Positions 46,883-55,757 of a stretch of 64,000 nucleotides of DNA are shown piece by piece. Positions within the stretch are counted from its first letter, which is position 1, and every line of letters begins with the position of its first letter. This DNA is from an uncultured Ignavibacteriales bacterium (GTDB taxonomy: Bacteria; Zixibacteria; MSB-5A5; GN15; FEB-12), in contig CAZFOY010000002.1 of the NCBI GenBank assembly GCA_964520865.1, forward strand, positions 2,278-66,277. The letters run 5' to 3'. A model generated the notes under the pieces. It was not told the origin of the DNA and made no database searches. It was given only the letters and a program-made list of their open reading frames with translations. The translations under genes were made by a program, and so were the position numbers.

Positions 46883-46899
46883 TATCAAAACGGCTGCCA
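46883..46899 (-). promoter_or_regulatory. sigma54-like promoter element TGGCAG-N5-TTTGA
   Basis: The minus strand reads TTGGCAGCCGTTTTGATA. GG and TTG have the correct -24/-12 spacing, but the -12 is GA instead of GC. About 45 nt upstream of the small-protein ATG and just downstream of the EBP-type gene. Confidence 0.3.
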
Positions 46900-47105
46900 A
46901 CGCGGACGCGCTCACATCGCTCGTGCTATGACATTCGATGACAGTGGATTACGAGAAATTGCCCGCTGCTGACTAATAGCGGATTAACCAATTCTATTCA
47001 GGCGGTTGATTCGTCAAACGGGTAACTTGTTGATAGACATGCCGACGACAATGCCGGAAGATGGGTGCAAAGTTGGGTAATTCGGTAATCTGAAGGGGAA
47101 AAAGG

Positions 47106-50100
47106 CTAATCTTTGAGGTGATATTTCTGAATTTTATACTGTAGCGTGGCGTAGGGCATACCAAGAGCCTCGGCGGTCCGCTTCACATTCCCTTTGTTCT
47201 TGATTAATGTCGCGCGTATCGTCTCTTTCTCAATCTGTTCTTTGAGCTTTTTCTTTTGCTGCGGGTCGTTGAAGGCCCGTTGCATTGGGGAAGGAAGATC
47301 GGTAAGCTTGACCTTCTCGCCGGCCTGGACAACACAGAATCTTTCTACGACGTTACGGAGTTCGCGCACGTTGCCGGGCCAGTCGTAGCTGAGGAAGGCC
47401 ATCCGCACATCATGCTCGAACACAGGTGGACGGTGACCGGTCGAGAAAAGCTTGACGAAGTGCTCTAGGAGTAACCTGATATCGTCGATGCGTTCTCGGA
47501 GCGGCGGGATTTCGAACACATATCCGCTGATACGATGGTAAAGGTCGCTGCGGAAGGTCCCTTCATCGATCATTTTCAACAGATCCTTATTGGTCGCGTA
47601 GATGAACCGGATATCTGTCTTGAGCACTTTGTTGCTGCCGACACGCTCGAACTCCTGGTACTCGACAGCACGGAGGATCTTGGCTTGGGCTGCGAGCGGC
47701 ATGTCGCCAATCTCGTCAAGGAACAGCGTCCCTCCATCGGCGGCTGAAAATTTTCCGTCGCGTGCCGCGACACCGGTTGCCGCGTTGCTCGCGACACCGA
47801 AAAGTTCACTTTCGAGCATGCTCTCAGGAAGCGCCGAGCAGTTGAGTTTCACCAGAGGACGATCCTTGCGATCGCTCAACCGGTGAAGATACTCGGCTAC
47901 GATTTCCTTGCCGGTGCCACTTTCTCCAAGTATCAGCACTGGCAGGGAGAACCGGGCGATCTCCGGAAGCCGGTCGAACATTTTCTGAACGGCACGATCC
48001 TGCGTGATGAACCGGTGCGCCCCGATCTGCTTGTTGATATCTTCAACCAGCTGGCGGTTAATGACGCTCATGTCGCGATAGCTTTCGATTGCCGAAAGCA
48101 TCAGGCCGATGAAATTGGCGATTGATCTGATGTACGTTACATCGTCCTGCTCGAACAAGGCCGGAATCGTGTGGTGATCCAGATAGAGCACGCCCAGCAG
48201 TTTATCTCCGTGCATGATAGGCAGGCAGATGACCGAGAGGATGTTGTGCGCCACGATGCTACGGTAGTCTTTAGTCCGCTTGTCGGTTACGGCATTGTCG
48301 AGAATGAGCGGTTCGTGCTGATGGGCCACCTGTGACGGAACTCTCATGCTGATGTCGGCGATGTCCCGAAGGCTTTCGTCGTCGCAATTGACAAACGCCT
48401 TCACCCGTAGCTCGTCGGACTGACTCGCCTTTTCAAGAATTACCCCTCGCTCCGCGCCGGTCTGATCGACGGCAAAACGGACAATCTGTTCCAGTGAACG
48501 ACCATAGTCGTCAATATGCTTCAGAATCTCGGATATGCCCAGCAGTGAGGCAACGATTCGCCCGATATTTTCCTCAGGGTTTTCAACCGTGTCGATTTCT
48601 GATTGCAGACCGGCCATCATAGGTTTGTTCTTCAATTGAGTGGCATGTCTCAGCGACTGAATGAGGAACTTAGTCCTTAGTTTCCCTCGACCGGACTTGC
48701 CGTACTCCAGGGCAATTCTCCGACAAACGATCATAGCGGCGAACGTTCTGCCCGCGCCGGACAGAATGCGATAACAGGATTTTAGCATCAAGAGCAGTTG
48801 CTCAGAATTGACCTCACCGTTCATGAGTGGCTTCAATTCTTTAAGTACGGCGAATATCGGAATCTCGGCGGTTTCGATCAACGGCTCGAGCGTGGCTGTC
48901 GTTTGCTTCAGGTCATCGAATCGAGTTTCGTTTTCATCCATCAGCATGTAGAAGAGGCAGTAGCCAGCGTCCCACACTGCGTCGTACTCTATCAGACTCT
49001 GCATGAGCGGCAGCAGATCAGGCGGAGGTTCAGTGGTATTGAATTTTCGGTTGGTCGAGACTACCAACTCCAATTCCTGCTGGCATCTCTGGTTATCGAT
49101 CCTTTCGAAAATATGGCGGGCGGACTCGGCGTATTCCGAAACTTGTTGAGTATTCCCTTCAAAGCAGGCGATTTCGGCAAGAGCCATATAGATGTGTCCC
49201 TCTGTCAGAGCGACCATATCGTTTCTTACCAGGTCCAATGCTATCATTGCTGCTGATTTCGCTTGTTCCAGGGAGCTGCGTGTTTTCTCCAAAACCAAAA
49301 GGCTGTAGTAGTACGTTGCAAATTCGCGGTGATCCATTTCCGAGGCATAGTTGCTCCAGACTCTGCTGAGCCAGTATTCCGCCTTTCGATATTCACCGAG
49401 CCTCAGATAGCAGAAGCCGAGGTGTCTCCACATTTCACGCTCCCGCCAGCGCTCCGATCCCTTTATCGCGTCCATCGTCAGCACGGCTCTTGCCGTTTTG
49501 ATGGTATCACCCGGCCGGTACATGGTGCGAAGGCATGAGACCAGGCCGGCTGCCCCCCGAAGCGCTTCGCTTTCGAGACGAACATCGCGGGCAACCTCAT
49601 AACTCTTGCGAAACTGCATCTCGGCGTCGGCCGTCCTCCCCTGGGTGAAAGCGGCATAGCCAAGCACATAATGGTTGGTCGAATCGAGCAAGGGCGAGTC
49701 GAGTTCCGAGGAACGTTCCAGGATCGTCCGCATGGACTCCTCAACCTCGGCGAATTTACCTTCCAGGCAGAGCACCAGGGCACCAAGAGACTCGAATACC
49801 AGCTCCATTTCGAGGGAGTGTGCCTTTCTCGCCTCGGCCATGCCGAGCTCAGCGAGATCAGCACCATACTGATTCGGCCTGATTCCGAACGACCTCGGTA
49901 TGAGACGATAGACGAGATCCAGGTCGACCGCGTTTCTGGACTGCTGCAGCCGGACCGCTTCATCCATCAACGAGACGCACTCACGCCGTAGGCCCATTTG
50001 TAATGCGAGATCAGCCGATTCTTTCAGAACTCTTTCAAGCAATTCCGTGCTCAGCTCGAGCTGCTTTTCGATATGAGCCTCCCGGATCGCCTGATAAATC

Positions 50101-51293
50101 AGCAGGGCAGGCTCCGGGATGTCGCGATCTGAGAGGTCATTCGCGGTTCGAGCGGCTTCACTCACGATTTCCTGCGATGTAAGCGTGCATTGAGCGGGGA
50201 TCAAGGCATGCCCCGCGCTTATCTCTGAAGCGGCATTGTACACTTCGATGAGCAGATTGCCGGGTGGAGCCAGGTACCAGTACTCCCCGAGCCTCTTGAT
50301 TGCGCTCTCCAGGGCGATTCGCCTGAACAAAGCAAAGGCCTGGCGCTTCGAATTGCGCAGGATATCCTGAAGGCTGTCGACCAATTCGGTTCGGAGTCCC
50401 AAAATCTTGCAGGCGTCCAGCAACGACTTCTTGATGCCGGCGTTCTCGATCTGACGCACACCGGTCTCACGGTACCGATTGAGAAGTATGATCCCCGCGA
50501 GCTTACGCTCTAATTCGGCATGTCGCTTTTGGTCGACGAACTTGTACTTGAGTAGCGTGTCTATGAGCACCCTTGGCCGATGCAGCGGATCCGCGCTCGT
50601 CAGTTCGTCCGCAAGTTCCCTGAGCCTCGAGACATCAGCTTCGACATCGTGAGCGGTCCGATCAAGCGACTCCTCGATCACTTTTTTGAGCATCATGCCG
50701 ATGGAAAAATTGTCCGATTGAATCAGAATCGTCTCATTGTTGAGAATCTCCGGCGCGATGTGATCCGGGCTGCCGACAATTCGAGCCTTCGGGTAGGAGC
50801 CGGCTTCACACATGAAGTCGAGGTCGATAAGGCGAATCCGTGGAACACCTTTCGAATCTGAGGGGCCAACTATGAAATTGCTCAGTTTCAGGTCACAGTG
50901 GACAAACTGAAGGAAGTGGAGATAGTCAATTGTGAGAAAGAGTTCCGGTAGCAGGAGATCAAGGCGCTCCAGTAACAACGATCCGGTGAGAACCTGCCAT
51001 CGATCCTCGTCGAACTTCGGATACTCGATGAACAATACCCCGTTCTCGACACACTTAGCCCGGGCGGTCAGGACCCGTGGATTTCTTATGCCGCGCTGGC
51101 AGGAGTAAGAGTTGAGTAGAACATTTCGCTTTTCATCGGTCGGAATAGTGCTTTCCGGATTGACCGTCTTAACAAAACAGGGATACCCGCTGGCTGTCGA
51201 CTCGGCGATCCAGGATTGACTCAAATCGTTGGTTGAAAGAAGATGGACGAAGTGGTATTTGGTGCTGACAGGGTCTGACATGGTAGCCGCCAC
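47106..51293 (-). CDS. Ser/Thr protein kinase - helical/TPR - GAF - sigma54-type AAA+ - Fis HTH fusion regulator (1395 aa)
   Basis: Kinase motifs: CFVKTV (Lys), HCDLKLSNFIV, IDLDF, GSPDHIAPE. GAF: ...LSVICLPIMHGDKLLGVLYLDH. AAA+: VLILGESGTGKE, GGTLFLDEIGDM, WPGNVRELRN. C-terminal HTH: GNVKRTAEALGMPYATLQYKI. GTG start; ATG alternative at 51281. Confidence 0.85.
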   Translation of the reverse strand: MAATMSDPVSTKYHFVHLLSTNDLSQSWIAESTASGYPCFVKTVNPESTIPTDEKRNVLLNSYSCQRGIRNPRVLTARAKCVENGVLFIEYPKFDEDRWQVLTGSLLLERLDLLLPELFLTIDYLHFLQFVHCDLKLSNFIVGPSDSKGVPRIRLIDLDFMCEAGSYPKARIVGSPDHIAPEILNNETILIQSDNFSIGMMLKKVIEESLDRTAHDVEADVSRLRELADELTSADPLHRPRVLIDTLLKYKFVDQKRHAELERKLAGIILLNRYRETGVRQIENAGIKKSLLDACKILGLRTELVDSLQDILRNSKRQAFALFRRIALESAIKRLGEYWYLAPPGNLLIEVYNAASEISAGHALIPAQCTLTSQEIVSEAARTANDLSDRDIPEPALLIYQAIREAHIEKQLELSTELLERVLKESADLALQMGLRRECVSLMDEAVRLQQSRNAVDLDLVYRLIPRSFGIRPNQYGADLAELGMAEARKAHSLEMELVFESLGALVLCLEGKFAEVEESMRTILERSSELDSPLLDSTNHYVLGYAAFTQGRTADAEMQFRKSYEVARDVRLESEALRGAAGLVSCLRTMYRPGDTIKTARAVLTMDAIKGSERWREREMWRHLGFCYLRLGEYRKAEYWLSRVWSNYASEMDHREFATYYYSLLVLEKTRSSLEQAKSAAMIALDLVRNDMVALTEGHIYMALAEIACFEGNTQQVSEYAESARHIFERIDNQRCQQELELVVSTNRKFNTTEPPPDLLPLMQSLIEYDAVWDAGYCLFYMLMDENETRFDDLKQTTATLEPLIETAEIPIFAVLKELKPLMNGEVNSEQLLLMLKSCYRILSGAGRTFAAMIVCRRIALEYGKSGRGKLRTKFLIQSLRHATQLKNKPMMAGLQSEIDTVENPEENIGRIVASLLGISEILKHIDDYGRSLEQIVRFAVDQTGAERGVILEKASQSDELRVKAFVNCDDESLRDIADISMRVPSQVAHQHEPLILDNAVTDKRTKDYRSIVAHNILSVICLPIMHGDKLLGVLYLDHHTIPALFEQDDVTYIRSIANFIGLMLSAIESYRDMSVINRQLVEDINKQIGAHRFITQDRAVQKMFDRLPEIARFSLPVLILGESGTGKEIVAEYLHRLSDRKDRPLVKLNCSALPESMLESELFGVASNAATGVAARDGKFSAADGGTLFLDEIGDMPLAAQAKILRAVEYQEFERVGSNKVLKTDIRFIYATNKDLLKMIDEGTFRSDLYHRISGYVFEIPPLRERIDDIRLLLEHFVKLFSTGHRPPVFEHDVRMAFLSYDWPGNVRELRNVVERFCVVQAGEKVKLTDLPSPMQRAFNDPQQKKKLKEQIEKETIRATLIKNKGNVKRTAEALGMPYATLQYKIQKYHLKD

Positions 51294-51371
51294 ATTACCT
51301 ATTTGCGATATTGCCTCTTCAGTTTATCAATTGCGAGAGCCGGAACCACTGCTTCGGATCGTTATCCGCAT

Positions 51372-51400
51372 AGTATAGTCAATTGAGTTCTGTTAATCAA
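51372..51400 (-). promoter_or_regulatory. candidate sigma70 promoter of the kinase-EBP gene (-35 TTGATT, 17 nt, -10 TATACT)
   Basis: Read on the minus strand. Both hexamers overlap or abut CAATTGA motifs. Confidence 0.4.
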
Positions 51401-51919
51401 TTGGTTATGTGCGATCACAAATCAGCCTGTCGTTCCATTCGAGAAATCGACTCGCTTGTCAAGATATGTACGTGGGAAATAGCACTGGAAGTAACCAGGC
51501 TGATCGGAAAGGACGCCCTTAGCAGAGCCGGTCCCTATCCCGATCAGGAAGTGTTCGCGTCACAGGATAGAGCTTGGTTGCCGTAAGGATGCTGTACGGA
51601 CATGTAAGACAAGGTCTTAGGGTGGGCGTGGTGTTGCGCGACGCTGCGAACTCGCTCGCGACAGTCGGAACACCGCCGCGACAACACTGTTTCGATAGAC
51701 ATAGGTACAAGTTGACGGGCCGGGTTTGACTGCTCTCGTTGTCCGCTAACGGAAGATGACGACAGTTGCTCCTTTACTTCGCCAGGGCTTTCAGCTATGG
51801 TGATGTAACTTCACACGCCACCGATTGGCGAATGCGAAAGTGTGGATGTTAATTGTCGGCCGATTTTGCCGAAATTGTAAGAACAGCAGAGATAGGAAAG
51901 CAGCAATGACAAGGAGTCC

Positions 51920-53905
51920 ATGGTGATAGACCACGAAAAGAATTCCCAAAATTCCCAAGCAACCACCTATGCCCGATCGAGTGGGTTTCCCGACACCGTG
52001 ATTCATGGTCCGACGCTGCTTTCGGATTACGATGTTCACCTGTTCCGGGAGGGCAATCATCTCCGGGTTTACGAAAAACTCGGTGCACACAAAATGATTG
52101 TGGATGGTGTGGAGGGGGTACTTTTCGCAGTATGGGCGCCCAATGCCTACCTTGTCACCGTTATGGGGGACTTCAACGGGTGGAACCCGGAATCGCACGA
52201 ACTCGCCCCGCGTTGGGACGGGTCCGGTATCTGGGAGGGTTTCGTACCCGGGTTGAGCGCAGGGGTGAGGTACAAATATCATATCGATTCCCTTAACAAG
52301 AGTTATCGAGCCGATAAGGGAGATCCCTATGCCTTCCTCTGGGAGAAAGCCCCGCACACGGCATCGATCGTGCACGAACTGCAATATGACTGGAACGATG
52401 ATAGCTGGATGAAAGAACGGCGGGAAAGCGATGCGTTACGGGAACCGATGTCGGTATACGAAGTCCATCTGGGTTCATGGCGACGTGTCCCCGACGATGA
52501 CAACCGGTTTTTGACTTATAGAGAATTGGCTGATCAACTTCCTGCATACGTCAGGGAGATGGGCTTCACGCATGTGGAGTTCCTGCCGGTCATGGAGCAT
52601 CCGTTCTACGGATCCTGGGGTTATCAGACGTCCGGGTATTTTGCTCCTACGAGTCGATACGGCACGCCACAGGATTTCATGTATCTTGTCGATCAGCTTC
52701 ATCAGAACGGAATCGCCGTGGTTCTTGACTGGGTTCCGTCTCATTTCCCGTCGGATTTGCACGGCCTTGCGTACTTCGATGGTACGCATCTGTACGAGCA
52801 TGAAGATCCGCGAAAGGGTTTCCATCCTGACTGGAAGAGCTACATATTCAATTACGGGCGCAACGAGGTCCGTAGTTTCTTGCTCAGCAGCGCCATCTTT
52901 TGGCTCGACCGCTACCATATCGACGGACTCCGGGTAGACGCGGTAGCTTCGATGCTCTATCTCGATTACTCGCGGCAGAACGGAGATTGGATCCCGAATA
53001 TGTACGGGGGGCGTGAGAATATCGAGGCGATAGATTTACTGCGTCGCTTCAACCAGGCGATCTACAGCGAATTTCCGGGCGCCCAGACAATCGCGGAGGA
53101 GTCCACCGCCTGGCCGATGGTCTCGCGACCGACCTATCTGGGAGGGCTCGGGTTCGGATTCAAATGGAACATGGGCTGGATGCACGATTCCCTCGACTAC
53201 TTTTCCAAAGATCCCATCCATCGGAAGTTTCATCATAACCAGCTGACCTTCAGCATCTGGTACGCCTTCTATGAGAATTTCGTACTGCCGCTGTCGCATG
53301 ACGAAGTGGTGCACGGTAAAGGTTCGCTGCTGAACAGCATGCCGGGTGAAGGCGGCGAGCGGTTTGCCAATCTTCGACTGCTCCTCGGGTATATGTGGAC
53401 ACACCCTGGCAAGAAACTGCTGTTTATGGGGGGAGAATTCGGACAGGGGGACGAATGGTATCACGAGAAGAGTCTTGACTGGCATCTTCTGCAGTATCCG
53501 CTCCAGAGCGGTTTGAAAAAATGGGTGCAGGATCTCAACGCGTTTTATCGTTCCGAGCCGACCCTCTTTGAACGTGATTTCGAGATGGATGGATTCCAAT
53601 GGGTTGACTGCAATGACGCTGACAACAGCGTTATCAGCTACATCAGGCGCGGATCATCCACCGACGATGTCCTCCTGGCAGTTTGTAATATGACGCCGGT
53701 TCCAAGGCTTGGTTACCGTGTTGGCGTGCCGCTCGATGGTCATTGGAAGGAAGTGCTGAACAGTGATGCCGGCGAGTATGAAGGAAGCGGGCTGGGGAAT
53801 ATGGGAGGCGTGACGGCCGAGCCGACACCGCTTCACGGCTTCGATAACTCGCTGACCCTTCTGCTGCCACCGCTTAGCGTCGTTGTTTTCAAGCGAGAAG
53901 CTTAA
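51920..53905 (+). CDS. glgB: 1,4-alpha-glucan branching enzyme
   Basis: GH13 motifs [36 protein letters not shown]-terminal CBM48-like region. Confidence 0.9.
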   Translation: MVIDHEKNSQNSQATTYARSSGFPDTVIHGPTLLSDYDVHLFREGNHLRVYEKLGAHKMIVDGVEGVLFAVWAPNAYLVTVMGDFNGWNPESHELAPRWDGSGIWEGFVPGLSAGVRYKYHIDSLNKSYRADKGDPYAFLWEKAPHTASIVHELQYDWNDDSWMKERRESDALREPMSVYEVHLGSWRRVPDDDNRFLTYRELADQLPAYVREMGFTHVEFLPVMEHPFYGSWGYQTSGYFAPTSRYGTPQDFMYLVDQLHQNGIAVVLDWVPSHFPSDLHGLAYFDGTHLYEHEDPRKGFHPDWKSYIFNYGRNEVRSFLLSSAIFWLDRYHIDGLRVDAVASMLYLDYSRQNGDWIPNMYGGRENIEAIDLLRRFNQAIYSEFPGAQTIAEESTAWPMVSRPTYLGGLGFGFKWNMGWMHDSLDYFSKDPIHRKFHHNQLTFSIWYAFYENFVLPLSHDEVVHGKGSLLNSMPGEGGERFANLRLLLGYMWTHPGKKLLFMGGEFGQGDEWYHEKSLDWHLLQYPLQSGLKKWVQDLNAFYRSEPTLFERDFEMDGFQWVDCNDADNSVISYIRRGSSTDDVLLAVCNMTPVPRLGYRVGVPLDGHWKEVLNSDAGEYEGSGLGNMGGVTAEPTPLHGFDNSLTLLLPPLSVVVFKREA

Positions 53906-54029
53906 GGGGCGGGCCGGTTATTCGGTGACGATCTCTCTGCAAACCGCCTAAGATGACACAGGGACGTGTCGATAATGGAAATACTCAGGGTAAGTTCGAT
54001 CGACCGAATGGAATAAACAGGGAAGTAGT

Positions 54030-55535
54030 ATGAACCGACGCGGGAGCGGAATCCTCTTACACATTTCTTCGTTGCCATCCGCCTTTGGAGTCGGCGACTT
54101 TGGGCCGGCGGCAAATCGTTTCGCCGACTTTCTGTCTCTCGCCGGCCAGAGCTTTTGGCAGGTACTTCCCCTGAATCCCACCGATGCCGCATTAGGCAGT
54201 TCTCCCTACAGCAGCCCGTCAGCATTTGCTCTCAACCCTTTGTTCATCAGTCCGGAGTTACTTGCCAGGGAGCATCTTCTCGAAAACGCCGAGCTTAGTT
54301 CGTTTCCGCATTTCCCCGAAGAAAAGGTAGATTTTGCCAAAGTACTTCCCTACAAGCGAAGGCTTCTTGAACAGGCATTCGTCGCCTTTCGTTCTGCCGG
54401 AGCAATGGCGGAGTATCGCCTTTTCTGTGAGCACAACGGCTATTGGCTGAACGACTTCGCGCTGTTTCAGTCATTGAAACACAAATTCCACGGACAGGTC
54501 TGGAGCGACTGGCCGGAAGATATCCGCGATCGCCAGCCGCAAGCGCTGGAGGAGGCGTCAAGACAGCTCAGTGATGCGATTGAATACGAAAAATTTCTTC
54601 AGTTTGTATCTGCCCGACAGTGGTCGGAACTTCAGCAGTACTGCTCCGACCGGGGGATTCAGCTCATTGGCGATATACCGATCTATGTGAACTACGATAG
54701 CGCCGACGTATGGAGTCACCCGTATATCTTCAAATTAAACCAGGAGAAGAAACCAACCGTCGTTGCAGGCGTTCCACCCGATTATTTCAGCGAAACCGGC
54801 CAGCTCTGGGGAAATCCGGTCTATGACTGGGACGCTCTAAGGGATCGGAGATATGCCTGGTGGGTCAAACGGATGGAGCGCACCCTCGGGCTGTATGATC
54901 TGGCCCGCATAGATCACTTCCGCGGACTGGTAGCCTTCTGGGAGGTTCCGGCCCGCGAAGAAACAGCTATCAACGGCTATTGGGTAAAGGTCCCGACCGA
55001 TGACTTCTTCTCGACTCTCAGTTCACACTTCTTCAATCTGCCGCTGATTGCCGAAGACCTCGGATATATCACCGCCGAAGTGCGCGAAGTTGTGCGATCA
55101 CTTGGACTGCCCGGCATGAAGATTCTCCAGTTCGCCTTTGGGGCAGATATGCCGGACCATCCGTACTTGCCACACAATTATGATCGTAATTGTGTCGTAT
55201 ACACCGGAACACACGACAATAATACCGTCCGCGGCTGGTTTGAGAACGAAGCCGACGACGAGTGCAAGCAGCGCCTGGCGCAATACTTTGGATTCAAACA
55301 GACGGCCGAGGAGATACCGTGGACAATGGTCCGCGCGGCGATGATGTCGGTTGCGGATCTGGCGATTGCTCCTTTACAGGATATCGTCGGTCTCGGGGGC
55401 GAGGCGAGAATGAACAAGCCATCGGTCGCCAACGGTAACTGGTCCTGGCGATGCACCGAAGAAATGTTGTCCGATTCAGTCATTGATAAGCTCAAACAGG
55501 TAACACACATATTCGGTCGGGCCTCCGCCGTCTGA
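54030..55535 (+). CDS. malQ: 4-alpha-glucanotransferase (amylomaltase, GH77)
   Basis: N-terminal RGSGILLHISSLPSAFGVGDFG. IDHFRG, GDIPIYV and YTGTHDN motifs. Confidence 0.9.
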   Translation: MNRRGSGILLHISSLPSAFGVGDFGPAANRFADFLSLAGQSFWQVLPLNPTDAALGSSPYSSPSAFALNPLFISPELLAREHLLENAELSSFPHFPEEKVDFAKVLPYKRRLLEQAFVAFRSAGAMAEYRLFCEHNGYWLNDFALFQSLKHKFHGQVWSDWPEDIRDRQPQALEEASRQLSDAIEYEKFLQFVSARQWSELQQYCSDRGIQLIGDIPIYVNYDSADVWSHPYIFKLNQEKKPTVVAGVPPDYFSETGQLWGNPVYDWDALRDRRYAWWVKRMERTLGLYDLARIDHFRGLVAFWEVPAREETAINGYWVKVPTDDFFSTLSSHFFNLPLIAEDLGYITAEVREVVRSLGLPGMKILQFAFGADMPDHPYLPHNYDRNCVVYTGTHDNNTVRGWFENEADDECKQRLAQYFGFKQTAEEIPWTMVRAAMMSVADLAIAPLQDIVGLGGEARMNKPSVANGNWSWRCTEEMLSDSVIDKLKQVTHIFGRASAV

Positions 55536-55757
55536 TCGGGGCCGGATTCGGCTCCGAGCGCGGCATTCCGCTCGCAGGAACACTCTCACCGCACGGCTGT
55601 TACTATGTACTGACCTCGCGGACAATGGTTAATGAGGGTCTACTTTGAGGCCTGGCGGCCGATTTTAGTTGGACGAGCGTGGCCCCGAGGCTTAACTTCG
55701 CAGACAAGCACAAACTGATTCGGGGAGGTTCGGACGTTACTTACGGAAAGGCACACT

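Noticed and set aside
51500-51740. Possible RNase P RNA (GGAAAGGACGCCC on the plus strand, AACCCGGCC on the minus strand)
   Set aside because: The conserved P4 strands (GGAAAGUCCGGGC and ACAGAAnCCGGCUUA) are not present on a single strand in the right order. Resemblance is limited to a few bases.
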